From an uncultured Planctomycetota bacterium (GTDB taxonomy: Bacteria; Planctomycetota; Planctomycetia; Isosphaerales; Isosphaeraceae), in the NCBI GenBank assembly GCA_963823665.1, contig CAWGMQ010000005.1, positions 1,216,001 through 1,280,000 of the forward strand: 64,000 bases of DNA. The letters are read 5' to 3'. The notes under the pieces are model-generated. The model was not told where the DNA came from. It did not search any database and was given only the letters and a program-made list of their open reading frames with translations. The first letter of the stretch is position 1. Each line of letters begins with the position of its first letter. The position numbers were made by a program, and so were the translations under genes. This document shows positions 21,701 to 34,005 of the stretch, in pieces.

Positions 21701-24700
21701 CCCGCGGACGGACCGCTGGTTGGGCTGAGACCCGTGACGGCAGGAGCAGCGAGGTACGTGAACTGATCGGCGGCCGAGGTGGCCGACGTGCCGCCCGCGG
21801 TGGTCACTGTGACGTTCACGACGCCGGCGCCAGCCGGGTTGTCGGCCGTGATCGTCGTGCTGTTGACCACGACCACGTCCGCCGCCGCCGCCGTGCCGAA
21901 GTCGACCGCTGTTGCGCCGGTGAAGTTGGTGCCGGTGACCGTAACCGACGTACCGCCAGCCACTGGACCAGTACTCGGGCTGAGACCGGTGACGGCTGGA
22001 GCGGCGATGTAGGTGAACTGATCAGCGGCCGAGGCGGCCGACGTGCCGCCCGCGGTCGTCACGGTGACATTCACGACGCCGGAGCCCGCGGGGCTGTCGG
22101 CCGTGATCGTGGTGCTGTTGACCACCGCGACATCCGTCGCCGCTGTCGTGGCGAAGTCGACGATCGAGCCGACCGTGAACCCCGTGCCCGTGATCGTCAC
22201 CGACGTACCGCCGGCGGCTGGACCACTCGCTGGGCTCAAGCCAGTGACCGCCGGAACTACGAGGTAGGTGAACTGATCGCTGGCCGAGATGGCCGACGTG
22301 CCGCCCGCTGTCGTGACAGTGACGTTTACCGTACCCGTGCCAGCGGGGCTGTCGGCGGTGATCGTCGCGCTGTTGACTACGGTCACGTCTGTCGCCGCCG
22401 TGGCGCCGAAATCGACCGCAGTGGCGCCGGTGAAGTTAGTGCCAGTGATCGTGACCAAGGTGCCCCCTGCTAATGGGCCGCTGGTCGGGCTCAGGTCGCT
22501 GACCGCGGGAGCGGCGACGTACGTGAACTGGTCCGCTGAGGAGGTGGCCGATCTGCCGCCGGGCGTGGTCACTGTGAAGTCGACGATGCCGGTGCCCGCG
22601 GGGCTGTCGGCTGTGATCGTGGTGCTGCTGACAACCGTGATGTTCGTCGCCGAGGTCGTGCCGAAGCCGACCGCCGTGGCGCCGGTCAAGTTGGTGCCGG
22701 TGATCGTCACCAGAGTGCCGCCGTTGGTCGGTCCGCTCGTCGGGCTGAGACTGGTGACCGCCGGAGCGACAACGTAAGTAAACTGATCGGCGGACGAGGT
22801 AGCGGACGTGCCACCCGGGGTAGTCACCGTGACGTCCACGACACCAGAGCCCGCCGGGCTGTCGGCCGTGATCGTCGTGCTATTGACCAACGTGATGTTC
22901 GTCGCCGCCTTGGCGCCGAAGTCGACCGCTGTCGCGCCTGTGAAATTGGTGCCGGTGACCGTCACCAAACTGTCGCCGGCGGTCGGACCGCTACCGGGAC
23001 TCAGACCGCTGACCGTGGGCGCGACAACGTAAGTGAACTGATCGGCGGACGACGTGGCCGACGTACCTCCCGGCGTGGTGACCCTGACGTCCACAACGCC
23101 GGAGCCTGCGGGGCTGTCGGCCGTGATCGTCGTGCTGTTAACGAGCGTCACCTCTGTCGCCGCCGCAGTGCCGAAGTCCACCGCTGTTGCGCCAGTGAAG
23201 CTGGTGCCGGTGATCTTGACCAAGGTGCCGCCTGCTAACGGGCCGCTGGTCGGGCTGACGTCGGTAACCGCTGGAGCGGCGATGTACGTGAATTGATCGG
23301 CGGACGACGTGGCTGACGTGCCGCCCGGCGTCGTCACGGTGACGTTCACAACGCCGGTGCCCGCGGGGTCATCGGCCATGATCGTCGTGCTGTTAACCAC
23401 CGAGATGTCTGTCGCCGCCGCCGTGCCGAAGGCGACCGCAGTGGCGCCGGTGAAGTTGGTGCCGGTTATTGTCACCAGAGTGCCGCCGGCGCCTGGACCG
23501 CTCGTTGGGCTCACACCAGTGACCACCGGAGCGGCGATGTACGTGAATTGATCGGCGGACGAGGTCGCCGACGTGCCACCGGAGGTCGTCACGACGACGT
23601 TCACAAGACCGGTGCCCGCGGGGCTGTCGGCCGTGATCGTCGTGCTGCTCACCACCGCGATATTCGTCGCCGCCATGGTGCCGAAGTCGACCGCTGTGGC
23701 GCCGGTGAAGCTGGTGCCGGTAATCGTCACCAAAGTGCCACCAGCCACCGGACCGCTGGTCGGGCTCAAGCCGGTGACCGTGGGAGCGACAACGTACGAG
23801 AATTGATCGGCGGCCGAGGTGGCCGACGTGCCGAATGGGGTGGTCACGGCGACGTTCACGACGCCGGAGCCTGCCGGACTGTCCGCCGTGATCGTGGTGT
23901 TGTTGACGACCGTGATATTCGTCGCTGCGCTGGTGCCGAAGTCGACCGTTGTGGCACCGGTGAAGCTGGTGCCGGTGATCGTCACCAACGTGCCACCCGC
24001 GGACGGACCGCTGGTTGGGCTGAGACCCGTGACGGCAGGAGCAGCGAGGTACGTGAACTGATCGGCGGCCGAGGTGGCCGACGTGCCGCCCGCGGTGGTC
24101 ACTGTGACGTTCACGACGCCGGCGCCAGCCGGGTTGTCGGCCGTGATCGTCGTGCTGTTGACCACGACCACGTCCGCCGCCGCCGCCGTGCCGAAGTCGA
24201 CCGCTGTTGCGCCGGTGAAGTTGGTGCCGGTGACCGTAACCGACGTACCGCCAGCCACTGGACCAGTACTCGGGCTGAGACCGGTGACGGCTGGAGCGGC
24301 GATGTAGGTGAACTGATCAGCGGCCGAGGCGGCCGACGTGCCGCCCGCGGTCGTCACGGTGACATTCACGACGCCGGAGCCCGCGGGGCTGTCGGCCGTG
24401 ATCGTGGTGCTGTTGACCACCGCGACATCCGTCGCCGCTGTCGTGGCGAAGTCGACGATCGAGCCGACCGTGAACCCCGTGCCCGTGATCGTCACCGACG
24501 TACCGCCGGCGGCTGGACCACTCGCTGGGCTCAAGCCAGTGACCGCCGGAACTACGAGGTAGGTGAACTGATCGCTGGCCGAGATGGCCGACGTGCCGCC
24601 CGCTGTCGTGACAGTGACGTTTACCGTACCCGTGCCAGCGGGGCTGTCGGCGGTGATCGTCGCGCTGTTGACTACGGTCACGTCTGTCGCCGCCGTGGCG

Positions 24701-27700
24701 CCGAAATCGACCGCAGTGGCGCCGGTGAAGTTAGTGCCAGTGATCGTGACCAAGGTGCCCCCTGCTAATGGGCCGCTGGTCGGGCTCAGGTCGCTGACCG
24801 CGGGAGCGGCGACGTACGTGAACTGGTCCGCTGAGGAGGTGGCCGATCTGCCGCCGGGCGTGGTCACTGTGAAGTCGACGATGCCGGTGCCCGCGGGGCT
24901 GTCGGCTGTGATCGTGGTGCTGCTGACAACCGTGATGTTCGTCGCCGAGGTCGTGCCGAAGCCGACCGCCGTGGCGCCGGTCAAGTTGGTGCCGGTGATC
25001 GTCACCAGAGTGCCGCCGTTGGTCGGTCCGCTCGTCGGGCTGAGACTGGTGACCGCCGGAGCGACAACGTAAGTAAACTGATCGGCGGACGAGGTAGCGG
25101 ACGTGCCACCCGGGGTAGTCACCGTGACGTCCACGACACCAGAGCCCGCCGGGCTGTCGGCCGTGATCGTCGTGCTATTGACCAACGTGATGTTCGTCGC
25201 CGCCTTGGCGCCGAAGTCGACCGCTGTCGCGCCTGTGAAATTGGTGCCGGTGACCGTCACCAAACTGTCGCCGGCGGTCGGACCGCTACCGGGACTCAGA
25301 CCGCTGACCGTGGGCGCGACAACGTAAGTGAACTGATCGGCGGACGACGTGGCCGACGTACCTCCCGGCGTGGTGACCCTGACGTCCACAACGCCGGAGC
25401 CTGCGGGGCTGTCGGCCGTGATCGTCGTGCTGTTAACGAGCGTCACCTCTGTCGCCGCCGCAGTGCCGAAGTCCACCGCTGTTGCGCCAGTGAAGCTGGT
25501 GCCGGTGATCTTGACCAAGGTGCCGCCTGCTAACGGGCCGCTGGTCGGGCTGACGTCGGTAACCGCTGGAGCGGCGATGTACGTGAATTGATCGGCGGAC
25601 GACGTGGCTGACGTGCCGCCCGGCGTCGTCACGGTGACGTTCACAACGCCGGTGCCCGCGGGGTCATCGGCCATGATCGTCGTGCTGTTAACCACCGAGA
25701 TGTCTGTCGCCGCTGCGGTGCCGAAGGCGACCGCAGTGGCGCCGGTGAAGTTGGTGCCGGTTATTGTCACCAGAGTGCCGCCGGCGCCTGGACCGCTCGT
25801 TGGGCTCACACCAGTGACCACCGGAGCGGCGATGTACGTGAATTGATCGGCGGACGAGGTCGCCGACGTGCCACCGGAGGTCGTCACGACGACGTTCACA
25901 AGACCGGTGCCCGCGGGGCTGTCGGCCGTGATCGTCGTGCTGCTCAACACCGTGAAATCGGTCGAAGCCAAGTTGCCGAAGCCGACCGCAGTGGCGCCGA
26001 TGAAGTTGGTGCCGGTTATTGTCACCAACGTTCCGCCGGCGGCCGGACCGCCGGTCGCGCTCAAGCCGGTGACCGTGGGAGCGACAACGTACGTGAACTG
26101 ATCGGCGGCCGAGGTGGCCGTCGTGCCGACCGGCGTGGTCACGATGACGTTGACGACACCAGTGCCTGGCGGGTCGTAGGCCATGATGGTCGTGCTATTG
26201 ACAACGGTGACATCCGCGGCGGCCGTCGTTCCGAAGTCGACCGCTGTCACGTCAGTGAACCCGGAGCCGGTGATTGTCTCAAGCATTCCGCCAGCGGTCG
26301 GTCCCGCCGCCGGACTGACGCTCGTGACGGTGGGAGGTGGGGACTTTATCCCGAGGGCGGTCAGCACCACCGCCAAACCGTTGTCTGCTCGGTAGGAGAT
26401 CGTATACTCGCTGCCGTCGTTCGCGACGACGACACTCCCCGGCGGCAATCCGTTGAAGGTGCCGCTCACTCCGCTGCCGCCTTGTACGATCGTCAAGGCG
26501 CTGCCGGCGGCGACGGCCGTGCTTTCGGCCACCTGAAGCGTCGCATTGTTGAGGTTGATCGATCCGCTGACATCGAGCTGCGAGTACGTGCCGGCCGTGA
26601 TACCGTCGCCGGGAGTGGTGCCATTGATTGAAACGGCCAGCGTGCTGCCCGCGGGGAAAGTGAACGCGTTGGCGTTCACGCCCAACAGGATGATCGACCC
26701 CCGCCCGTTATTGGTCTTGTCGGTGCTGTACTCGAGATCGACCGTCAGAAGCCCTGAGCCCGTGTCGAGGTTGGCGCCCGAGGTCATCGTGATGTCGGCG
26801 TTTCCCGGGTCGCGCTCGCTGTTGACAACGCCGTCGGCGAGGCTGTCATTGGCGATGAGCGACAGGTTTCCACTCGCGGTTTTGATGCTGGCGTTGACCA
26901 AGATGCTGCGGCCGGCCTCGAGCGTGAGACTGCCGGCGCTGCCGGTAGGGCTCTCGTTGATCGGGCTGTCGATCGTGATATCGTCGTTGGACTGGATCGT
27001 GACGTCGGTGCCCGCGTCGAGGTCGCCGGTCAGGAAGCTCGGCGCCACCGTGATCGTCCGGCCCAGGCCTAGCCCGTAGGTGAGGTCGTTGGGGTCGGTG
27101 ATCATCATCGCCGGGCTGCTGCTTCCGCCGCCGAAGTAGATGAATGAGCCGGCGGACGGGATTGGCGCCACCCCACCGAATCCGAAGCTGTTCTGAGCCT
27201 CAGGGGTGTTATTGCCATCGATCGTCGAGCCCGTGGCGCCGTCGACCCAGGTGACAAAGTTACCCTGGGTCGCCGTGGGGTCCGGGGGTATGCTGTTGAC
27301 CAGATAATTGCTGTTCGGAAGCAAAGTAACGGAAAACACTCCGTCAGTGCCGCCATTGCCCTCCGGAAAGCCCGTGAGACTGTTACCTGAGGAGAGGATG
27401 CCGCTTGTGCCTTGCGTCCCGTTGCCCCACGTCGCTGCCGCCCCGTCATTGTTCCAGAACGGACTTAGCACAACGTAATTGCCGTCCGACAGTGAGGACA
27501 CCCCGCCAGTGAACGTATATCCGTCGCCGAACCGATTCCAGATGCCCCCGCCGACTTGATCCCCGGGGAGGCTACCGACGAGGCTATTGGAGGCAGAAAT
27601 GGCCCCCGTGATCCCCTGCATGCCGTTGGCCCAGGTCACCGCCCCCTCAGAATTATTCCATAATGAACTGTCCACGACGTAGTTGCCGTTGGACAATACG

Positions 27701-30700
27701 GTAACACCCTGGACACCGACATAGTCCTCGGAGTAGCTGCCGACGAGACTGTTGGTAGACGCGACGATACCGCTCGTCCCAGTTTCTCCGCTCCCCCACG
27801 TCACGGCCCCCGTATCCCCATCCCAGTCCGGGCTGTCCACGACGTAGTTGCCGTTGGTCAAGGCGGTCACACCACCGGTGCCCAGGTCGTTATGAGAGGG
27901 GTCCAAGTAGACGCCGCCACCCACGGAATCATAGAATCCCCCTGTTCGCTGGCTGCCGACCAAGCTGTTGCCCGCGGACACGACGCCTGTGGTCCCCGTT
28001 GTCCCATTGCCCCATGTCACGGCTCCTTCTTGATAGTTCCAGAGCGGGCTCGACACCACGTAATTGCCGTTAGCCAGCGCAGTGACCCCGCTTATGCCTA
28101 TCCGATCCGCCCAGTTCTCCGGGTTATTGCTGCCGACGAGGCTGTTTCCGGCGGAGACCGTGCCGGTGGTTCCCGTTGTCCCGTTCCCCCACGTCACCGC
28201 TCCGACGTACCCATCCCAATCGGGACTGGCAACGACATAGTTACCGTTCGTAAGCGCGGTGACCAGATTACCACTAAAATACCCGTTGTTGCTGCCGATC
28301 GCGGCTCCGCTCGGGCCAATCAGGCTGTTGGAGGCAGAGATGATGCCGCTGACGCCCGTTGTCCCATTCCCCCAGGTCACCGCGCCCGCATCATTGTTCC
28401 AGGCGGGGCTGCCAACAACGTAGTTGCCGTTCGCGAGCGGGACGACCGCCACGCCAACATTATCTCCGTTGCTGACGCCGACGACGCCCGGCGTACTGCC
28501 GATCAGGCTGTTAGCGGCCGAGATAACGCCGCTGATGCCCGTCGCCTCGTTCCCCCACGTCGCCTCGCCCTCACGGTTGTTCCATGAGGAATCGTACACG
28601 ACGTAGTCGCCGTTCGCGAGAACGACCAGATCGGAACCCAGGTAGCAGTTGTATTCGTCATCGTTTTGAGTGCCGACGAGGCTGTTATCGGCGGAGACCG
28701 TGCCTGTGGCTCCGGTTGTCCCGTTGCCCCACGTCACCGCGCCCTGTGTGATGTTCCAGTTCGGGCTTCCCACTACGTAATTGCCGTCAGGCAAGGCCGT
28801 GACACCTCCTCCGTATCCTGGCCTTCCCCCCACGTAGTCGCCAAAGTTGTCCCCGATGAGGCTGTTGACGGCGGAGACCGTGCCGATGGTTCCCGTCGTC
28901 CCGTTGCCCCACGTCACCGCTCCCGTGCCCCCGTTCCAGGCTTCCCAATCTATGACGTAATTGCCGTTTGTAAGCGGCGTTATTTGTGGGATCACCTGCG
29001 CTCCGCCTGCAATGAGGCTGTTAGAGGCAGAGACAGTACCATCGAGGCCTGTCGTGCCGCTGCACCAAGTCGCTGAGTTGCTACCGACGGCAACGAAATT
29101 GCCGTTCGTCAGTGCCGTAACGGAAGAAGCCCCTAACAGGGTGCTGATCAGCGCGCCGGTCTCCCCGTTGTAAAGGCAAACCGCCCCGACTCCGCCCGAA
29201 ACTGTCATGACGATGTTGCCGTTGCTGAGTGTCACCGCCTGACCGCTGAAGCCTCCCGAGGGGACTTGCGGCGGCGGCGCGAGGCTGAACTGCGGAAACA
29301 CGCCGCTCGTGGCGCTGATGACCAGTCCGCCCGGCGTCGCGTTAACCGTCAACATGGCCGGCGCCGTCGTTGCGGTACCGAACGAGTTGGTGAAGACGGC
29401 CTGGTATTCGTTGCCGTTCTCGGCCGCGGTGGTGTTGAACGTCAGCGTGGTGGATGTGGCGCCCGCGAGATTGCTGAAGGTGTTGCCGCCATCGGTGCTC
29501 ACTTGCCACTGGACGGTCGGCGCAGGCGAGCCCGAGGCGGCCGCGACCAACGCGACGGGGTTGCCGGCGCTTACGACCTGGCTCGTGGGATTGCTTGCCA
29601 CCTCCAGATAGCTGCCGCCCGTGACCGTGATGGGCGCCGCCGTCGTGATGGCGAATCCATCCATCGTGGCCGAAATCGTGTTCGTACCATCGGTCGCCGC
29701 GGTGAACGTCGCCGAGTAGGTGCCGTTGCCGTTGTCGGTAACCGGGCCGAACGTGCCCGTGCCGGTGCCGGAGCCCAGGGTGAACACGACTGTCAAGCCG
29801 CCGGTTGTCTCCTGGCTGTCGTCTGTATCCACGGCCGTCAGCGTGACGGGGGCGGCGGCACCGGCCTCGATCGTCGGCGGCATCACGGTGACCGTCGAGA
29901 ATGCGAGGCTGAGCGGCACCACGACGATGCCGGTCGGCGGGGAAGCGACCTGCTGACCGTTAATCGTGGCCGTGAAGGTGGCGCTGCCCGCACTCGAGGC
30001 GGTGAAGATGGCGGTGTAGGTGCCGTTGTCGTTGTCGGTCACCGGACCGAACGTCCCGACGGCGCTTGTCACACCGAAAGTGACCGGAAGGTCCCCCGTG
30101 CTCTCCTGGTTTCCGTCTGCATCTCGGGCTGTCAGCGTCACCGTCGTGGTGCCGCCGACCGGCAGCGCCGCGGCGGTCGCGGAGATCGTCGATTGCGTCA
30201 AGTCCGCCGGACCCGGCGTGACCGCGATGGTCGGCGCCTGCGTCGTCACGGGCTGGCCATTGATCGTGGCGGTGATCGTGTTGCTGCCGGCAGTGACGCC
30301 GGTGAACACGGCGGTATACGTCCCGTTGCCGTTGTCTGAGACCGAGCTGAAGGTGCCCGCGCCGCTGCCGGTGCCCAGTCCGAACTGCACACTCAAGCCC
30401 CCCGCAGTTGCCGGCAAGCCTGACGTATCGACGGCCGTGAGTGTCACCGTTGCCGTTGCGCCCGCAACGATGGTGGACGGCGTGAGGGAGATTTTCGAGC
30501 GTGACGGGTCGGCCGTGGAGACTGTCAGAGTGTATTTCTGGGAATACTCGAGGCCCGTGCTATCGGTGGCCTGAACCGTGAAGCTGACGGTTCCCGCGGC
30601 GGTCGGAGTACCGCTAATGCTCAGGCTATTGGTGCCGCCGGTCGGGATGGGTAGGCCAGCGATTGAGCCGCTCACGCCGGTCACGACCAGGGATTTGTTA

Positions 30701-33700
30701 CCCGTCCCTCCGCCCGCGACGATCGTCTGGTCATAGGAGGCTCCGACCGTGCCTCCCGGCAACGGACTGAGGGAAATCGGTGCAGGGACGGTCAGCGCAA
30801 AGACGGTGCCGCCCAGGTCGTCGATCGCGGGACTCGTGTTGTCACCGAATGTGATGGACAAGCTGATGTTGCTCATGTTCGTGCCGCTAACCGGCGAATC
30901 CACTTCCTGGATCGCCGTCGAACCGGATGGCCCGACCTGCACCCACCCCGACCCGGTGTACTCGGCGATCGTCTGCCACTGGCCGTTATCAGTGAAATAC
31001 GAGAGCGCCGCCTGTTGAAGCTGTTGCGTGGGGATTTGTCCCGTGAAGGTAACACTCGCACCCGCCTGGGCGGTGGGATCGATCCCCACGGCCTGCACGT
31101 CAAACGTTGCCGCCGACACCTGGCCGGCCGGATTGGCATTGGGGTCCTGGGTGTAATTCGCCACCGAAAACTGTGCCGCGCCGCTGAACTGGCTACCGGT
31201 CGTCAAGGTTCCGGACACTTGCTGGTTATTTGCAGGATCGTTGGCATTCGCGGTCGCGGTCGCGGTCGGGCCATCGGCGGTTGACGTACTGATGTTGGCG
31301 ATGTCCGTGGAACCCAGGTCGCCAATCAAGCCCTGGATGGTCGAGACAAGCATGTTGTCCGAGTCCGAAGTGAAGTCCGCCGCCGGCGCGGCCTGCGCGG
31401 CAGTGTCGAACGCTTGCAGCTCGCCAAGGGCCTGCGAGTAATTCCCCTGGCCGACGTCGGTGTACGCCATGGAGAGGTCGACGGTTAGGTCGTCCGCTTC
31501 ACCCTGATCGTCGATGAGGTGCGGATAGAGGGCCTGCTCGAGCGTTTGCTGAATGTTAACCGGGCTTGTGGACCCGGACGTGGCAGAGCCCGCTGGCACC
31601 GACGGGTCTATACCCCCTTCCACAAGTGTCGGAACGATAAACTCCATGTAATAGTCGTGGACCTCGCTGTGTCCAAGGCCCAGTGAAGAAAGGTTGTAGA
31701 TGTTCGTCAGCGTGCCGATAGGGTCATCAATCGTGATCTGAGATGGATCGCCGGTGAGATTGAGAGCGTATTCAGTTTTGCTCACCAGTTCCGTGGCTGA
31801 CGAGAGGCTTGTGATCGCGTTTTGCTCGTAGTATTCCTCAACCTGGTTGACTCGGGCCGGAACTTCAATGCTGGGGTCGTGAACCCATAGCTCGAAGAAG
31901 GAGTAGGCAAGGAACAAGAGGGATGACGCCGTGCTGGAATCCGGAATTGTCTGCGCGTTAGCGGGGTGAGGGTCGAGAAAGGTCAGCTTGTAGTAGCCGT
32001 GGGCGAGCTGTTCGTCAGGGGGAGCGGCGAGTAACTGGTTCATTGCCAGGTCGATGACGACGGAACCTCGGCTGTGGCCGATCAGGTGGACGTCGATCAC
32101 GTCGTTTGGCTCAAGTTGGCTGGAAAGTCCCTGTGCCGCCTGGACGATGTCGTTATAGAGCGCGGTCCCGGCGCGATAGACCGCCTGTGAATCCAGTTTC
32201 CCACTCGCCCAGCCGAATGGAATGACCGCGGAATAGCCGTTTCCGTCCTCCGGTCCGAGCGCGTCGGCCATGTCATCGACCCAATCCGGCGGCGGGGCAT
32301 TGTCGTCTGTAACGCCGAGTTGAAACCCGACGGAAACCGCACCGATGATGTAGATCTCGAAATGAGCTTCGCTTTCGTCGACCGCGAGGTCGGTCGGCAC
32401 GTTGCCGTTCGCATCGACGACGACGGCAAGAACGTAGGGAAGAGCCGGGTCCGGGGCTAACGGCTCGACGGGCGAAGCTTCATTTGGGGCCGGGCTCGAC
32501 AGAGGAATGGTGACTGTGCCACCCCCTGGTTGCGGATTGTCGACCGCAAACGGAACGCTGACCGCAACGTGGGTCGCGTTGCTCTGAAACGTGGGCCGGT
32601 CGGACCGGTAGATCTGAATGTAAAAGGATGGAGTTGTCGGATCGTGCACGTCGTAATCGACGATGGCCTCGCGCGAATCCGTAGTACTGACCGAGTCCAG
32701 GGTCACGTCCGCGAGCGTGAGGAACGCAACCTTGTTTGGATCGGCGGGTGTTATGAGGTTACCGGGGTCCGCGACGACCAGCAGATCAGTTGCACCCGGC
32801 GGCGGCGTACCGAGCTGCGCAGGCGTGGCGTTCAAGTCGTAGGTTCCCTCCGTGGTCGCGGTTGTCGTTGTCACGATCGGAGCGCCGAGCACTGTGTTCA
32901 CGGTCGTTCCGCCAGCGTAGTCAAGGTCAACGGTGGTGGCCTGAGGCAGGTTGGCACCGCTGATCGTGTAGCCGTAGTCAGCACCGTCGCCGCTGCTATC
33001 CCATGTTGGGGTCACCGGTGTGATCGTGGGAGTAATGCTGGCATCCAGATTTGCGTCCACGAGCCAGCCCACGTTATTGATCAGGGCACCGAGGAATGGT
33101 GCGATCGTTTGGCCGCTGAGGCTGTCCGAGAAGATGAGCGTGAACGTGTCGCCGATATGGGCCTGAAGCGTGCCAGTTTCGACATCCGCCGGCGGCGACT
33201 CCGATCGGCGTGACGCCACTGCCTCCCAGTTGATAGGACTTGTTTGCGAGCGCGGTCGTAACGCCGTCATACGCATAGCTGACAGAATAGGAAAAGTTGG
33301 CCGTCGCGTTGTTTGATGCGAATGTTTTGACGTTGAATGAGAAACTGAACTGGATGTTGACCGGCTCGCCGGTGGTCTCGGATGAATTTGTGGCAACGAT
33401 CGTGACCGGAATGGCGGCGCCGATATTACCGCTCGTGTCGGTCAGCCCCGCGGTCAACGCAACGCTCGCGATCCCCTTTTTTGCGACACTTCCCTGTGAC
33501 AGGATGTCGAGGTTGACACCGGGATAGGTCGTGTTCGACGCGGTAGCCGTCAGGGTCACGTTGGACACCGCTGTCCCGTCGTTATGGGTGAACTGTTGCG
33601 ATTGAGAAGCCGGGGTGTTCAGATTCGAGATCTCATTCTCGGTCTGAACAACCGAGTCGAGCGTCGATTGCTCACCGAGCCCGCCCGCGAATTGCAGCAA

Positions 33701-33802
33701 TGCGAGCAGGGTGCGATCCTCAAGCCCGGTCAGCGAGGGCCGGAAAACACGACGCATTACAGGGGATGAAGCTTGTGTGGAGCGGGGTCGTCTCCGGCGC
33801 AT
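18730..33802 (-). CDS. Giant (~5020 aa) secreted adhesin-like protein, frameshift near 33196
   Basis: ATG 33802 follows AGGAG, with an LEDRTLL motif. Then a GHSRG hydrolase-like domain, Ig/invasin-like domains, DUF5650-like repeats, a beta-helix-like segment, 27 IPT/TIG repeats and a basic C-terminal domain. Confidence 0.9.
19455..26340 (-). repeat. 27 tandem 255-bp coding repeats (85-aa IPT/TIG domains)
   Basis: Consensus PxVTGLSPTSGPxAGGTLVTITGTNFTGATAVDFG...DQFTY recurs every 255 bp. The FTY codons run from ~26095 to ~19465. Confidence 0.95.
21326..25946. repeat. Near-identical 2295-bp tandem duplication (9 IPT units)
   Basis: 21326..23651 matches 23621..25946. Antisense ORFs recur identically at an offset of 2295. 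Confidence 0.93.
27380..29230 (-). repeat. About ten DUF5650-like coding repeats
   Basis: Recurring VTALTNGNYVVxSPxWN...GAVTWGNGTTG...VSAxNSLVGS. Confidence 0.75.
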
Positions 33803-34005
33803 CGGTGCTTCTCCTCTTATTTGACGGAGCGAGTCGCGGATGAAATCGGCGAACGTCGAGCCAGGCGCGCAGGACCAGCGCCCCGGACTGTCACGGCCTG
33901 TGCTTAAGAAGGAATTACGCCGCAAAGAAGGCCGACACCAGGTGGCATCGAAGCGCGGTGCCGGCACGAGCTTTCATGGACCGGGTAGAACGGTGAGCCC
34001 GGCGA

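Noticed and set aside
19455..26340. Regular 255-bp repeats as a CRISPR array or non-coding repeat
   Set aside because: The units are in-frame 85-aa IPT/TIG domains with no repeat-spacer structure and no cas genes.
18998..26631. Series of short plus-strand ORFs resembling a peptide array
   Set aside because: They are antisense shadows of the adhesin repeats.
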